Virus record (IMG/VR): IMGVR_UViG_3300037461_001438
Span: 26,477 to 90,476 of that record
Reading direction: 5' to 3' (one strand)
DNA length: 64,000 bases
Origin: a virus
Taxonomy: Duplodnaviria > Caudoviricetes
Positions 1 through 10,200 of the stretch are shown here, piece after piece (position 1 is the first letter of the stretch; every line of letters starts with the position of its first letter). The position numbers and the translations under genes are program-made. Under the pieces are notes generated by a model. That model saw only the letters and a program-made list of their open reading frames with translations, was not told the origin of the DNA and did no database searches.

Positions 1-1
1 C

Positions 2-3000
2 AACCGCACAAAAGATGTCGAGGGCGGGAAACATCAACGCATCCCGATGCTTGAAAAGCAGCTTGAGGCGCATTGGGGCAAACAAACCGACGTCGGGAAA
101 GCGCTTGCACTTCTTCAGCGTGCGGCTACAGAAAAGACAATCGAGATTTCCCGCTACCCGAAAGTGTTCAATCCGGAAAGCAAGCCGCCGGACACAGATG
201 TCCACAAAGTCGATGCCCTTAAACGATTTCTTGAATCAAAGGGCGTCAAGGTCGGCGAACGCGAAGCCGGAAGCTACGGTTATCAAAGAGATGGGATCGT
301 CGCATCCCCGACGCGCGAGCAGAGCCTGAAACAGCTGCAGCGCATGTTCCGTGGCCAGGATATCCAGCAGACCGGCAAAGGCGCCTATGAGATCGTGACG
401 AAAGGCGGCGCGAGGCTCCCCTGGCAAACCGTCGGGGATCTGCCGCATCAGCGTGTGGGCCAGTACACCGTCGGCGAAGGCGTCAAGGTGCTGCGCGGCA
501 AAGGCACGCAGATGATCACCGGCTACCACGAGCAGGCGCACTGGCTCGAGGATACCGGCCTCATGCGGCCACAGCAGGCCGAAGCCCTCACAAAGCACCT
601 GCGCCAAATCGGCATGGCATCGGACGCAGAGAGCCGCGCACGCTTTTTGGGCGACACGATGTTCCGGCGCGCCTCCGGTGTTCGCCAGGATCTTCCTTCG
701 AAAATCGAGCGGCTCGTCCAGTCGATCGAGTCCGGCAAAATCTTCGAGAAGGCCCCGCTCTTTCCGAAAGGCGGCGGCATCGATGCGAACACGCGCTCCT
801 ACGGCATGGGACAAGATGAAATCCCGCCATATCAAAAGCGACTTGGCTCCAAACACGGGTTCTTTGAATCCCAAAAGAACGACCGCCGCATATGGTACGA
901 CTCACAGCTTGAACTTGGGCGCTTGATGCAGCTTGAGCAGGACCAGGCGGTTGCCGCTTACGGACGGGCACAGCGTCAAATCCCTTATGAGTATGGAGGA
1001 AAAAGATATTCCTACACGCCTGATCTTGAAGTCGTAAGATCCGACGGCAGCCGCATGGTCGAGGAGATAAAGCCGTCTGCGACCAAAGCCGGCATGATGT
1101 ACGGTTCGATCCCGAAGGAAACCGCTAAGGTCAATGCGGCCATCGAGTATTTGAAGAAAGCCGGGATCGGATACGACATCATTTCCGAAAAAGAGATCGG
1201 CCGCGATTTTATGAAGCAGGCGCGCGCGACCACACCATCTTACGGCATGACCGAAGATGAATTTTTGAAGCGATTTGCCGAATCCAAACGCGGATTAAAG
1301 CCAGAAGAAAGCGTCGTCAGGAGAGCCGAACCCGACTATAACGCGCTGGCCGAAAAAACGGCGCAGGGATACGTTGCAGAACAAAAAGCCGCTGAACAAA
1401 AAATAAGACAAACTCAAGGCGCCCAATTTGTTGAAATGGGCGGCAAAGAGAATCTTACAGAAGGCTACAACCTTCTTGGCGAAGACTTTAAAAAATTTCA
1501 GGACCAGCGCCGTGAGCTTGCCGACATGCTCATGCGTGGTGGGACAGCTCGCGACCTTGATGAAATTGAACGGATCTTCGGGGACGACAAAAAGTTCATC
1601 AAGGCATACAAGAAAAATCTTGGCGAAATCGCCATCATGCAGAAAGGACGAAGCAAGCAGGCGCTCGAAAGCGAAGCCTACTTCGCCTCGAAGGGCAAGC
1701 TTGAAGAAAACGAATATTACAAAAAGCAGGTTCTACGAAAAGGCGGCATCGGGAAAGCGTTTAATCAGCAAGTGGACCTGCTCAAACGTGATGGCAAAAC
1801 AGGCGAAGAGCTCTTCAGCGGAATCAAGACAGCCTACGACGAAGCTATGCGTTGGCGTCTTCTTGAAGACGTCAATGAAAAAGTCAAAAAGCAGATCGAG
1901 GCGGGCGCAAAGCAGGGCATTGTCGATGGTGTCGGTGCGGGCGTTGAGGCGACACAGGAAAAATCAAGAAAAGCAGGACAAGCCGCGACGTTTAAAACAG
2001 CGGCAGAAGCAGACGCAGCGCTTGCTGCCCAAAGAGGCGAACAGGCCAAATCCGTAGTCCCCGATAAATACAAAAAGAAACTCGATCAGTATGCCGAGAG
2101 AGTCGCCGATCTTGAAATGATGGCCCGAACTCCAGGGCAGCGGGATGTTGTGAAGGGCCTACGGACGCAGCTTGGTTCGATGCAGGCAGGAGTAATCGGC
2201 ACAGGCGGCATCGAAGCCTACGGCGCCGGCCTCAAGAAACTCGGCGGCGAGATCGACAAGACCCACAAAAAGATCATCGCCCTGAATGGCGGCATGCGTG
2301 GCGCAGGGGGAGGGGGCGCAGGTGCAGGCGGGTGGGGGATCATGCAAAAGTGGTCCCTCTACATGAGCGGCATCGCTGCAACACTCTTCGTCCTGCAGCA
2401 GGCCATCTCCTACATGCGTGCTCTGATCGGCGCCGGCCAGGAGTACGAAAAGATCCTGCGCACGACGGCGGCAGCGGCCGGCATGACAAAGAAGGAAATG
2501 CAGGGACTCGACGCTTCCTTCATGAACATCATGAAGTCCCAGGGCTACTCGCAGAAAGACCTGGCCGAAGCGGCAACCGAGCTCATGCGGCTTGGGTTGA
2601 GCTACGAGGACGCCCAAAAGAAAATGGGCGATGTCGCCAAGGTCGCCGAGGCGACCGGCATGAAGCCTGCCGAGGCCGCCCGCGCCGTGGCACAGGACGT
2701 TCACGGGCTCACCCAGGCGTATCTCGAGCAGGCCGAGCTTCTCGACGGCACCCTCGCCAAAGCAACAGACAAGGCCGGCAAGTCGATCACGGTCATGCTC
2801 ACGAAATGGTATCGCAGCAAAGAGCCCGATCTGATCAAGTTCCTCGAAAAGCTGATGAACTACATCGAGGCGAACCAGCCCAAGATCGAAAAGTTCCTCA
2901 ATGCATTTATGACCGGGCTTACCAAGATCGGCGAGTTGCTCGGCATGGTGATCGACAAGGCGATGAGCCTCACCATCGCCCTCGAGAAGGCTTTCAGCAA

Positions 3001-6000
3001 CCCGGCCTTCGGTGCGATCGCGGGTGGTGTGGGCGCAGGTCTTGTCGGCAAGTGGGCCCTTGGCAAAACTGCGGCAAAGCTGACAGCCTATGGCGCAAGC
3101 GAAGCGGTCGCCGGCGGCCTTGGTGCCACAGCGGCTGGCGCGGCGATGAAGACCGGTGCTGCCGCTGTCGGCGGAGCCGTTGCTGGAGTCGCGCTGCCGG
3201 TGACCGTTGCCGCCGGGACAATCTACGCCCTTACCAAATATGCCGAAGCACAACGTGAGGAAGAAGTCAGCTCGGCAATCGGAATCAAAGAACCGAATGC
3301 ACGACTCAATGCGTTGATGGCCATTCGCGACGAACGTGTCGGCGAGAAATACGGGATCGATATGGCCGAATGGCCATACCCGGAAGAGCTTGAAAAAATG
3401 CGTGAAGAGTCGGCCAACGCGACAGATGCGTTGAGTCTTCTGACCCAAGCAATCGAGGCGACGAAGACCGAACTTGATGCGTTCAAGGCAAGGGCGAAAA
3501 CCCTTCATGACATCCGCCGCGAAGTCGAGCCCGATGGGCGCAGTTACATGCGCTTCGACGACAAAGAACTCGATGCCCTCATAAAGGATATGTTTTCAAA
3601 GGGCGGCTTCGGCGAAAACACGTATGCCAAAGGCCTTGATGCAGAAATCAAACTTGCAAAACGACAGCTTGATCGACTGAAAGCAACACCTGGAACAGAA
3701 GAGCTACAGGCCGACTACGGCAAATTTATCGAACAAAAAGAATACGAAAAGTGGTTCACGCTGAGTCAGCGCAGAATGGGCGGCATACGCGAATACTCGC
3801 AAGTCTTCGGCGCCCCGGCCGCAACGATTCAGGAGCAGCCGCAGTTTGCGGCCCCGGCAAGCCGCTACGACGACATCTTCAAAGAGGCGGCCGACAAATT
3901 CAGTATTTCGGTCGACCTGCTCAAGGCCGTCGCCTGGCAGGAGTCGCGTTACAACCCGGTTGCAGTCTCCAAGGCAGGTGCCGTCGGCGTCATGCAGATC
4001 ATGCCGGATACGGCCAAGGAACTCGGCGTCACCGACCGCTACGACCCGCGGGAAAGCATCTTCGGCGGAGCCAAGTACCTTTCGCAGCAGATGAACCGCT
4101 TCGGCGGCGACACGGCCCTTGCCCTTGCAGCCTACAACGCAGGCCCTGGCGCTGTCATCAGAAACGGCGGCATCCCGCCCTACAAGGAAACACAAAACTA
4201 CGTCCAGAAGATCATGGGCGGTGTGGCCACAGCCGGTACGACCGACACCTTCCGGCCGATGATAGAAAAGACGGTCAGGAATGAAGTGGCGCAGCTTGGA
4301 CTCCCGCCGAAGCGGGCCGAGGAGCTCGTGCAGTCGAGGATCTTTGCCGAAGAGCAGAAGCTCAAGGCGCCGACGATGAGCTTCTACGAGCAGCTCTTCA
4401 ACATGACTGGTAAGACCGACGAAAAATACTGGGACAATGAGCTTGCGAAGATCAAGCAGGAGTCCCAGACGCTCGGCAAACAGGCAACGCCCGAACAGCA
4501 GGCTGCGTTCGAGTACCAGGCGGAATGGTTACAGAAAGAGCGACGGCGCGCGCCGCAGGTGAGGGCCCTTGAGGGGATCGAGGAGACAACCGGAGTAACA
4601 CCGAAGGCCCTGATCGACATCCGTAAAGAACGAGAGACGGAGGCTTATCGCACCAAAATCAATCAAGAATGGGTCAAAGGCAACCAGGAAACCATTGCCA
4701 AACTGGAAAAAGCCCATGCTATCGAGATGCTAAAACTCGACATGCAAGGATACGCCGGCCGCCTCAAGGCAAACGAGGACTTCTTCAGCGAGACAGGCCT
4801 CATGACAAAGGACTTCCAGTCGCTCGAGGTCAAGTCACTCGAAGACCACATCGAGATCTTAAGAAAGTCCGGCAAGTACAACGAGGACGAGCTCGCAAAA
4901 CTTTACGAATACCGCATGGAAAACCTGCGGCGGAAATTCATCGAGCCGGCCAAGCAGGAGCTTGAAAAGCTCTTCGGCGCGACCGGCCGCATGGCGCCCG
5001 AGCTCAAAAAGATGGAAGCCCTCGAAATCGAAGACGACGTCAAGAAAATGCAGGACAAGAACCTGCCGGAAGACCAGATCGAAGAGTACCGATGGCGCCG
5101 CTACCTCGATCTGAACGCGAAGGTGCTGGAGAGCACCGATGACGTCGCAAGCGGCATGCAGGCGGCCTGGCTGCGCTACCAGGCGACGGTCGAGCCGCTT
5201 GCGAAGTCGGTGTCCGACACATGGGTCAACGCGGCCCACAGCATGGAGTCGGCCTTCAAAGAAGGCTTCTTCGACATGATGGAGGCGAACTTCGACAACC
5301 TCCAGGAGACGGCCACGAACGCCCTCAAGATCATCCAGCGAGCCATGGCGGCAACCCTCTTTGATATGGTCAAAATGCCGATCATGGGTGCCGCCAAGAC
5401 TGGCATGGACAGTCTTTTCAAAAACATTTTTGGGCCATCAGGAGCCACTAAGACAACGCCAACCACCGGCGACCGTCTGATTCCAGATTTTGGAGTTGCA
5501 AAAGGTGGAGCCTTCACTCCAGGCGGCCATTACGCCTTCGAAAAGGGTGGGGTGGTCGACCGGCCGACCTACTTCCGCTTCGCCAAAGGCAAAGGCCTGA
5601 TGGGCGAGGCCGGCCCCGAGGCGGTGATGCCGCTCGAGAAGACGGCCGGCGGCGGCCTGGGCGTCAAGGCCTTAAGCGAAAAGCACGGCCCGATGATCAT
5701 GCCGCTGAAGCGCATGCCAGACGGCGACCTGGGAGTCCAGGCGCAATTTGCCGCCGGAGGCGTGTTCGGTGCCAACGAAACGTTACAACCGAATCCGCAG
5801 ATGGAAGCCGCCCAACAGGCCGCCCAGCCAGCAGCAGGAAGCGGTGGTGATGTGAAGGTCATCATCAACAACCATACCGGAGAGAAAGTCGAAGCCAAAG
5901 AGAGCCGTGGCCCCAGTGGCAACCGTGAGCTTGAAGTGATGATTGGTAATGCCTTGATGAAAGACGGGCCAGCCTCAAGGGCCCTGCAGCAGACTTACGG

Positions 6001-6031
6001 GTTGTCCCGGCGCGGCGTCATGAGAGGTTAA
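2..6031 (+). CDS. Tape measure protein, 5'-truncated by the window edge, with HExxH, TnsA-like nuclease and lytic transglycosylase (SLT) domains
   Basis: The frame is open from base 2 through the 47..6031 ORF. Central TP901/PhageMin_Tail-like segment (YEKILRTTAAAAGMTKKEMQGL...AATELMRLG); SLT motifs (AVAWQESRYNP, GAVGVMQIMP, ALAAYNAGPG); lambda-type C-terminus (FEKGGVV..PT...GLMGEAGPEAVMPL); directly upstream of tail-tip genes. Confidence 0.92.
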   Translation, partial: NRTKDVEGGKHQRIPMLEKQLEAHWGKQTDVGKALALLQRAATEKTIEISRYPKVFNPESKPPDTDVHKVDALKRFLESKGVKVGEREAGSYGYQRDGIVASPTREQSLKQLQRMFRGQDIQQTGKGAYEIVTKGGARLPWQTVGDLPHQRVGQYTVGEGVKVLRGKGTQMITGYHEQAHWLEDTGLMRPQQAEALTKHLRQIGMASDAESRARFLGDTMFRRASGVRQDLPSKIERLVQSIESGKIFEKAPLFPKGGGIDANTRSYGMGQDEIPPYQKRLGSKHGFFESQKNDRRIWYDSQLELGRLMQLEQDQAVAAYGRAQRQIPYEYGGKRYSYTPDLEVVRSDGSRMVEEIKPSATKAGMMYGSIPKETAKVNAAIEYLKKAGIGYDIISEKEIGRDFMKQARATTPSYGMTEDEFLKRFAESKRGLKPEESVVRRAEPDYNALAEKTAQGYVAEQKAAEQKIRQTQGAQFVEMGGKENLTEGYNLLGEDFKKFQDQRRELADMLMRGGTARDLDEIERIFGDDKKFIKAYKKNLGEIAIMQKGRSKQALESEAYFASKGKLEENEYYKKQVLRKGGIGKAFNQQVDLLKRDGKTGEELFSGIKTAYDEAMRWRLLEDVNEKVKKQIEAGAKQGIVDGVGAGVEATQEKSRKAGQAATFKTAAEADAALAAQRGEQAKSVVPDKYKKKLDQYAERVADLEMMARTPGQRDVVKGLRTQLGSMQAGVIGTGGIEAYGAGLKKLGGEIDKTHKKIIALNGGMRGAGGGGAGAGGWGIMQKWSLYMSGIAATLFVLQQAISYMRALIGAGQEYEKILRTTAAAAGMTKKEMQGLDASFMNIMKSQGYSQKDLAEAATELMRLGLSYEDAQKKMGDVAKVAEATGMKPAEAARAVAQDVHGLTQAYLEQAELLDGTLAKATDKAGKSITVMLTKWYRSKEPDLIKFLEKLMNYIEANQPKIEKFLNAFMTGLTKIGELLGMVIDKAMSLTIALEKAFSNPAFGAIAGGVGAGLVGKWALGKTAAKLTAYGASEAVAGGLGATAAGAAMKTGAAAVGGAVAGVALPVTVAAGTIYALTKYAEAQREEEVSSAIGIKEPNARLNALMAIRDERVGEKYGIDMAEWPYPEELEKMREESANATDALSLLTQAIEATKTELDAFKARAKTLHDIRREVEPDGRSYMRFDDKELDALIKDMFSKGGFGENTYAKGLDAEIKLAKRQLDRLKATPGTEELQADYGKFIEQKEYEKWFTLSQRRMGGIREYSQVFGAPAATIQEQPQFAAPASRYDDIFKEAADKFSISVDLLKAVAWQESRYNPVAVSKAGAVGVMQIMPDTAKELGVTDRYDPRESIFGGAKYLSQQMNRFGGDTALALAAYNAGPGAVIRNGGIPPYKETQNYVQKIMGGVATAGTTDTFRPMIEKTVRNEVAQLGLPPKRAEELVQSRIFAEEQKLKAPTMSFYEQLFNMTGKTDEKYWDNELAKIKQESQTLGKQATPEQQAAFEYQAEWLQKERRRAPQVRALEGIEETTGVTPKALIDIRKERETEAYRTKINQEWVKGNQETIAKLEKAHAIEMLKLDMQGYAGRLKANEDFFSETGLMTKDFQSLEVKSLEDHIEILRKSGKYNEDELAKLYEYRMENLRRKFIEPAKQELEKLFGATGRMAPELKKMEALEIEDDVKKMQDKNLPEDQIEEYRWRRYLDLNAKVLESTDDVASGMQAAWLRYQATVEPLAKSVSDTWVNAAHSMESAFKEGFFDMMEANFDNLQETATNALKIIQRAMAATLFDMVKMPIMGAAKTGMDSLFKNIFGPSGATKTTPTTGDRLIPDFGVAKGGAFTPGGHYAFEKGGVVDRPTYFRFAKGKGLMGEAGPEAVMPLEKTAGGGLGVKALSEKHGPMIMPLKRMPDGDLGVQAQFAAGGVFGANETLQPNPQMEAAQQAAQPAAGSGGDVKVIINNHTGEKVEAKESRGPSGNRELEVMIGNALMKDGPASRALQQTYGLSRRGVMRG

Positions 6032-6034
6032 AAG

Positions 6035-6391
6035 ATGGCAACAGCGTGGCCAACACAGAATTTGCCAAACTATCTGACGGATGAAGACGCGGTTGAAATA
6101 ATGCCAGACAATACGATCCGCGGCAAAATGGATGTCGGCCCGCCGAAACTTAGGCAACGCTCAACGTCGGCACCGACGATATTCCGAGGGTCGTTGCTTC
6201 TCAATAGTACGCAGGCGGGTTACTTCGAAACATTCTACAGATCGACCCTAAAGCACGGGAGCCTCCCGTTCACATGGGTCCACCCACGCACCCGGAATTC
6301 TGCCGATATGAACTTCGTCGGCCAACCTGAAATGATCTACGTCGGCGGCGGCTGGTGGAAGGTTAACCTTGTTCTGGAGATCCTTGTATGA
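6035..6391 (+). CDS. Distal tail (Dit-like) minor tail protein
   Basis: 118 aa directly after the tape measure protein; RGKMDVGPPKLRQR...FETFYRSTLKHGSLPFTWVHP pattern typical of lambdoid minor tail proteins. Confidence 0.7.
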   Translation: MATAWPTQNLPNYLTDEDAVEIMPDNTIRGKMDVGPPKLRQRSTSAPTIFRGSLLLNSTQAGYFETFYRSTLKHGSLPFTWVHPRTRNSADMNFVGQPEMIYVGGGWWKVNLVLEILV

Positions 6392-6861
6392 GCCGGAACG
6401 TCTCTTCGGTATTCAGGCAGGCTGCATATGCGCAGCAGACCGACCAGATCTATCTTGTCTGCCTTGAAATCAACCACGCAAGCCTCGCCCAGCCGATCCG
6501 CGTTGTGAACAACTATTCAAACATCACTTCGGGCGGCAACGAATACATCGGGTTCCCGTTCGATATCGAGCTGCCACAGGACTTCGAGGACGCACTGCCA
6601 AATGTCAACATTGCCATCTGCAATGTCGACCGGCAGATCGTCTACGCGATCCGAAGCCTCACCGGGCCACCGACGATCACGATGTTTGTCGTGCTCGCGT
6701 CAAGCCCCAACACGATTGAAGCCGGCCCCTACACCATGACATTGAGATCGGCCAATTATGATGCCATGGCCGTCTCTGGGACAATCGTACCAGAAATTGT
6801 GGCGGATGAAGCATTTCCCGGCGATTACTTCACGCCGGGAAACTTCCCGGGCCTCTTTTGA
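6388..6861 (+). CDS. DUF1833-like tail tip protein (gpL position)
   Basis: ATGA overlap; LEINH...PIRVVNN...FPFDIELP...NVDRQIV pattern; synteny. Confidence 0.75.
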   Translation: MSRNVSSVFRQAAYAQQTDQIYLVCLEINHASLAQPIRVVNNYSNITSGGNEYIGFPFDIELPQDFEDALPNVNIAICNVDRQIVYAIRSLTGPPTITMFVVLASSPNTIEAGPYTMTLRSANYDAMAVSGTIVPEIVADEAFPGDYFTPGNFPGLF

Positions 6862-7259
6862 TGCAGCCTGACCTGTCAAAATATGTCGGCATCCCTTTTG
6901 TAGACCACGGCCGCAACCTGGCCGGCTGTGACTGTTGGGGCCTTATCCGGCTTATTTATAAAAATGAGTTCGGTATCGACCTGCCGGACATGGGGCCGCT
7001 CTATAATCATGTTTCAGACATGAGCGGCATGGCGAATATTTATGTAGACCAGCTTCCGAAGTGGGAGAAAACGCAAGCTCCGAAAACGGGAGATGTCGTT
7101 TTACTGAGAATTCAATCTGTCCCGATCCATGTAGGGATCGTTCTTGATGGCAGCACAATGCTTCACGTCATGCAGGGCTGCGATGCGGTTGTTGAAAACT
7201 TTAATACGCCATTGTGGAAGAACCGTGTGGAAGGATTTTATCGATGGAAAAAGTCTTAG
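6858..7259 (+). CDS. NlpC/P60 tail assembly protein (gpK-like)
   Basis: YVGIPFVDHGRNLAGCDCWGL (catalytic Cys), GDVVLL, HVGIVL...MLH. Confidence 0.9.
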   Translation: MMQPDLSKYVGIPFVDHGRNLAGCDCWGLIRLIYKNEFGIDLPDMGPLYNHVSDMSGMANIYVDQLPKWEKTQAPKTGDVVLLRIQSVPIHVGIVLDGSTMLHVMQGCDAVVENFNTPLWKNRVEGFYRWKKS

Positions 7260-10200
7260 TCGCCTGCCGAAAAAATCCGTTCATTCCAGGCCATGCTGAC
7301 GTTGAACTGGCCGAAGGCGGCACCATCGCCGAAATCCTCGACCAGGTAGGCTTGATGAAAACGGCCGAAATCCACAGCGGGATTTTCGTTTTCATCGATG
7401 ACCGTCTGATAGAACGAGATGCGTGGCAAACCACAAAACCGACAAACGGCTCAACTGTTTCAATCGGTATTGCCCCAGGAGGGGGAGGCGGCGGTGGCGG
7501 CGGCAAGAATGCAATGCGCACGGTCGCAATGATCGCCGTAATGGTCATCGCGATCGCTGCAAGCTATGGCGCAGCGACAGTTTTGGCTCCAGGGATGGGT
7601 TTTGCCGCTGGCGGGCTTGGGGCAAGCATAATTGGAGGGATCGCCGGAGCAGCTGTCGGCATTGCCGGAGCCATGCTCGTCAACGCCCTTATCCCGCCGC
7701 CAACGCCCAAGAACAGCTCGGATAGTGGTCCCAACTATCTCTCCCGTATGGGGAACCGCATGGACCCTTACGGGCCTGTCCCGAAGATTTATGGAAAACA
7801 CAGAGTCTTCCCACGCTACGCCTCAATGCCTTACACAGAGCTAGTCGGCTCAAAGGAAAACTATCTCCATTGCCTGTTCTTGATTGGAAAAGGCAAATAC
7901 GATCTTTCCGATTTTAAAATCGGCGACACGGCGCTTTCATCGTACCAAGGCGTCGAAATGGCGATTTACAATACCGACTACACTCTCGACTTCCCATTAT
8001 TTCCAAATGACGTAGGTGAAGAATCGCTCTCGATCCTGCTTGAGCAAAATGTCCAGCATGTGAGGACGACCACGACAGATGTCGAGCACATCTCGCTTGA
8101 ATTCACCTTCCCAGAGGGACTCTATCGAATTTCAAGCAGCGGGGGCAGGCGCGCTACAACCGTTGAATTCACCATTGAATATTCACCTAAAAATCAAAAT
8201 AATTGGAAGGCCATGGGCGGCACAAGAATAAATGTCGCCAATAATCCCACAACCCTTCTTGCAGTCGGCCAAACCGCAACAAGCGCTACCGGCTCCGGAA
8301 CGATTGCAAAAATCCATTATTCGGTAATCCAGCAATTCGTCGAAACAATAGAAATAATCGAATCCTACGGCATCGGATGGTGCCCAGAATCCGGCGGCTG
8401 CTATAATGTGATTCGATACGAAGACGTCTATCAAGATGTAACCGTGGTGTCCGCGATCGATGTCTCGGTCACAAGCGGATCTTTCTCTGCCAGTCAGACT
8501 GTCCAGGTTGAATATTCCCCTGGTAATTACGTCAATTTGACATCGACAAGCGTCTACTTGAATCCGTCTACCGTTCATGATGAAAACGGCGCCCCTTTCA
8601 GATGGGGAACATCGTTCGATGTCCCCAAAGGCCAATACGATATCAGGGTTACCCGTACAAGCTCGCACTCGGAAAGCAACCATTATTACAGCACCTACTG
8701 GACAGTGCTCCGCGGCGTCACCAAGCAAGTACCCGTCACCCTCACCGGCTGTACTTTAGTTGCACTGCGGATCAAGGCGTCGAACCAGTTGAACGGCGTG
8801 CTTGATCAATTTAACTGCATGGCCGAAGGTTTTGTCGAAGTGTGGGATGGAGCTAATTGGACCCTTGCCAAAAGCAGGAGCCCCGTGTGGGCTTTTGTCG
8901 ATATTCTATGCGGAACGTCGAACAAGCGGCCAATCAGCAAATCACGAATCGATCTTGACGCCGCCATAGGATGGCATCACTACTGCGTGGAAGAAGGATT
9001 TAATTTTGATGCCATCATCGATTACAAGACAACCGTTTGGGAACTTCTGCGGCAAGTCTGTGCGGTTGGCCGTGGCAGCCCAGGCATGACCGACAACAAA
9101 TTCACTATCATCGGTGACATGCCAAAGCCGATGCCGGTCCAGCACTTCAGCCCGAGAAACTCGTGGGGCTTTTCCGGAAGCCGTGTCTTCCCCGATATCC
9201 CGCATGCGCTTCGCGTTCGCTTTCCGAACGAAGTAAAACAATACGAAGAAGACGAATGCATCATCTATGATGATGGCTACAATTCCGGCAATGCCACGAT
9301 CTACGAAACAATCGAATTCTTTGGCGTGACCAATTACAACCACTGCTGGAAACTTGGCCGCTACCATCTTGCCACACTCAGGCTCAGGCCGGAAACATAT
9401 CAATTCAATACCGATGTCGAGCACATGGTCTGCACCCGCGGCGACAGGGTGCGCTTGACGCATGACGTCCTGCTTGTTGGCCTTGGACAAGGGCGCATCA
9501 AGTCCATCTCGACCACATCGATCTCAATCGACGATGAAGTTGTAATGGTGACCGGAAAGACATACGGCTTTCAATTCAGGCGCTCGGACGGAACATTCAA
9601 GACATGTACTCTTACAACCGTAAACGGTACCCATCCGGCCGGGACTGCCTTGACCATCAGCCCAGCAATGAATCCTGCCGATCTGCCTGCCGTCGGGGAT
9701 CTTGCCTTCTGGGGTGAGTCCGAACATGAGGCAATCGAAGTCGTCGTTTCACGCATCGAGCCTGGGCCTGATCTTACCGCAAAGCTAACCTGCATTCCTT
9801 ACAATGAGGCCATCTACACAGCCGACCAAGGGACCATCCCGATATGGGATTCGAACATCACGTTGCCGCCTGTTGTCGACCGCAGGCCGCCAAAGCCCAA
9901 GATCGTCTCGTCGATTTATAACTACAGGCCAGAACAGCTCAACCCGGACGGCACAGTTGCCCTCATAATGAGCGTTGGCTTCTCGATGAACGCAACCGGA
10001 TTTCTTATTTCAGGCTATCCAGAAACAAGTGCCGGGTTCATTGCCCAATATCGGGAAGACGATGCTCAGTGGACAGAACTGCCGCACCTGTCCCGGGAGC
10101 AGCGAAAATTTGAGTTCCCTGTCAAAAACGGCCTTGTCTACGACATGCGGATCAGAAGCTTCAACTACCCAAACGGGCTGTCCGATTGGGATACGCTCGA

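Noticed and set aside
5620-5760. Duplicated MPL...LGV.A segment in the tape measure C-terminus, and the poly-Gly run near 7478-7503 in J
   Set aside because: A short internal duplication and a routine linker; no evidence of further function.
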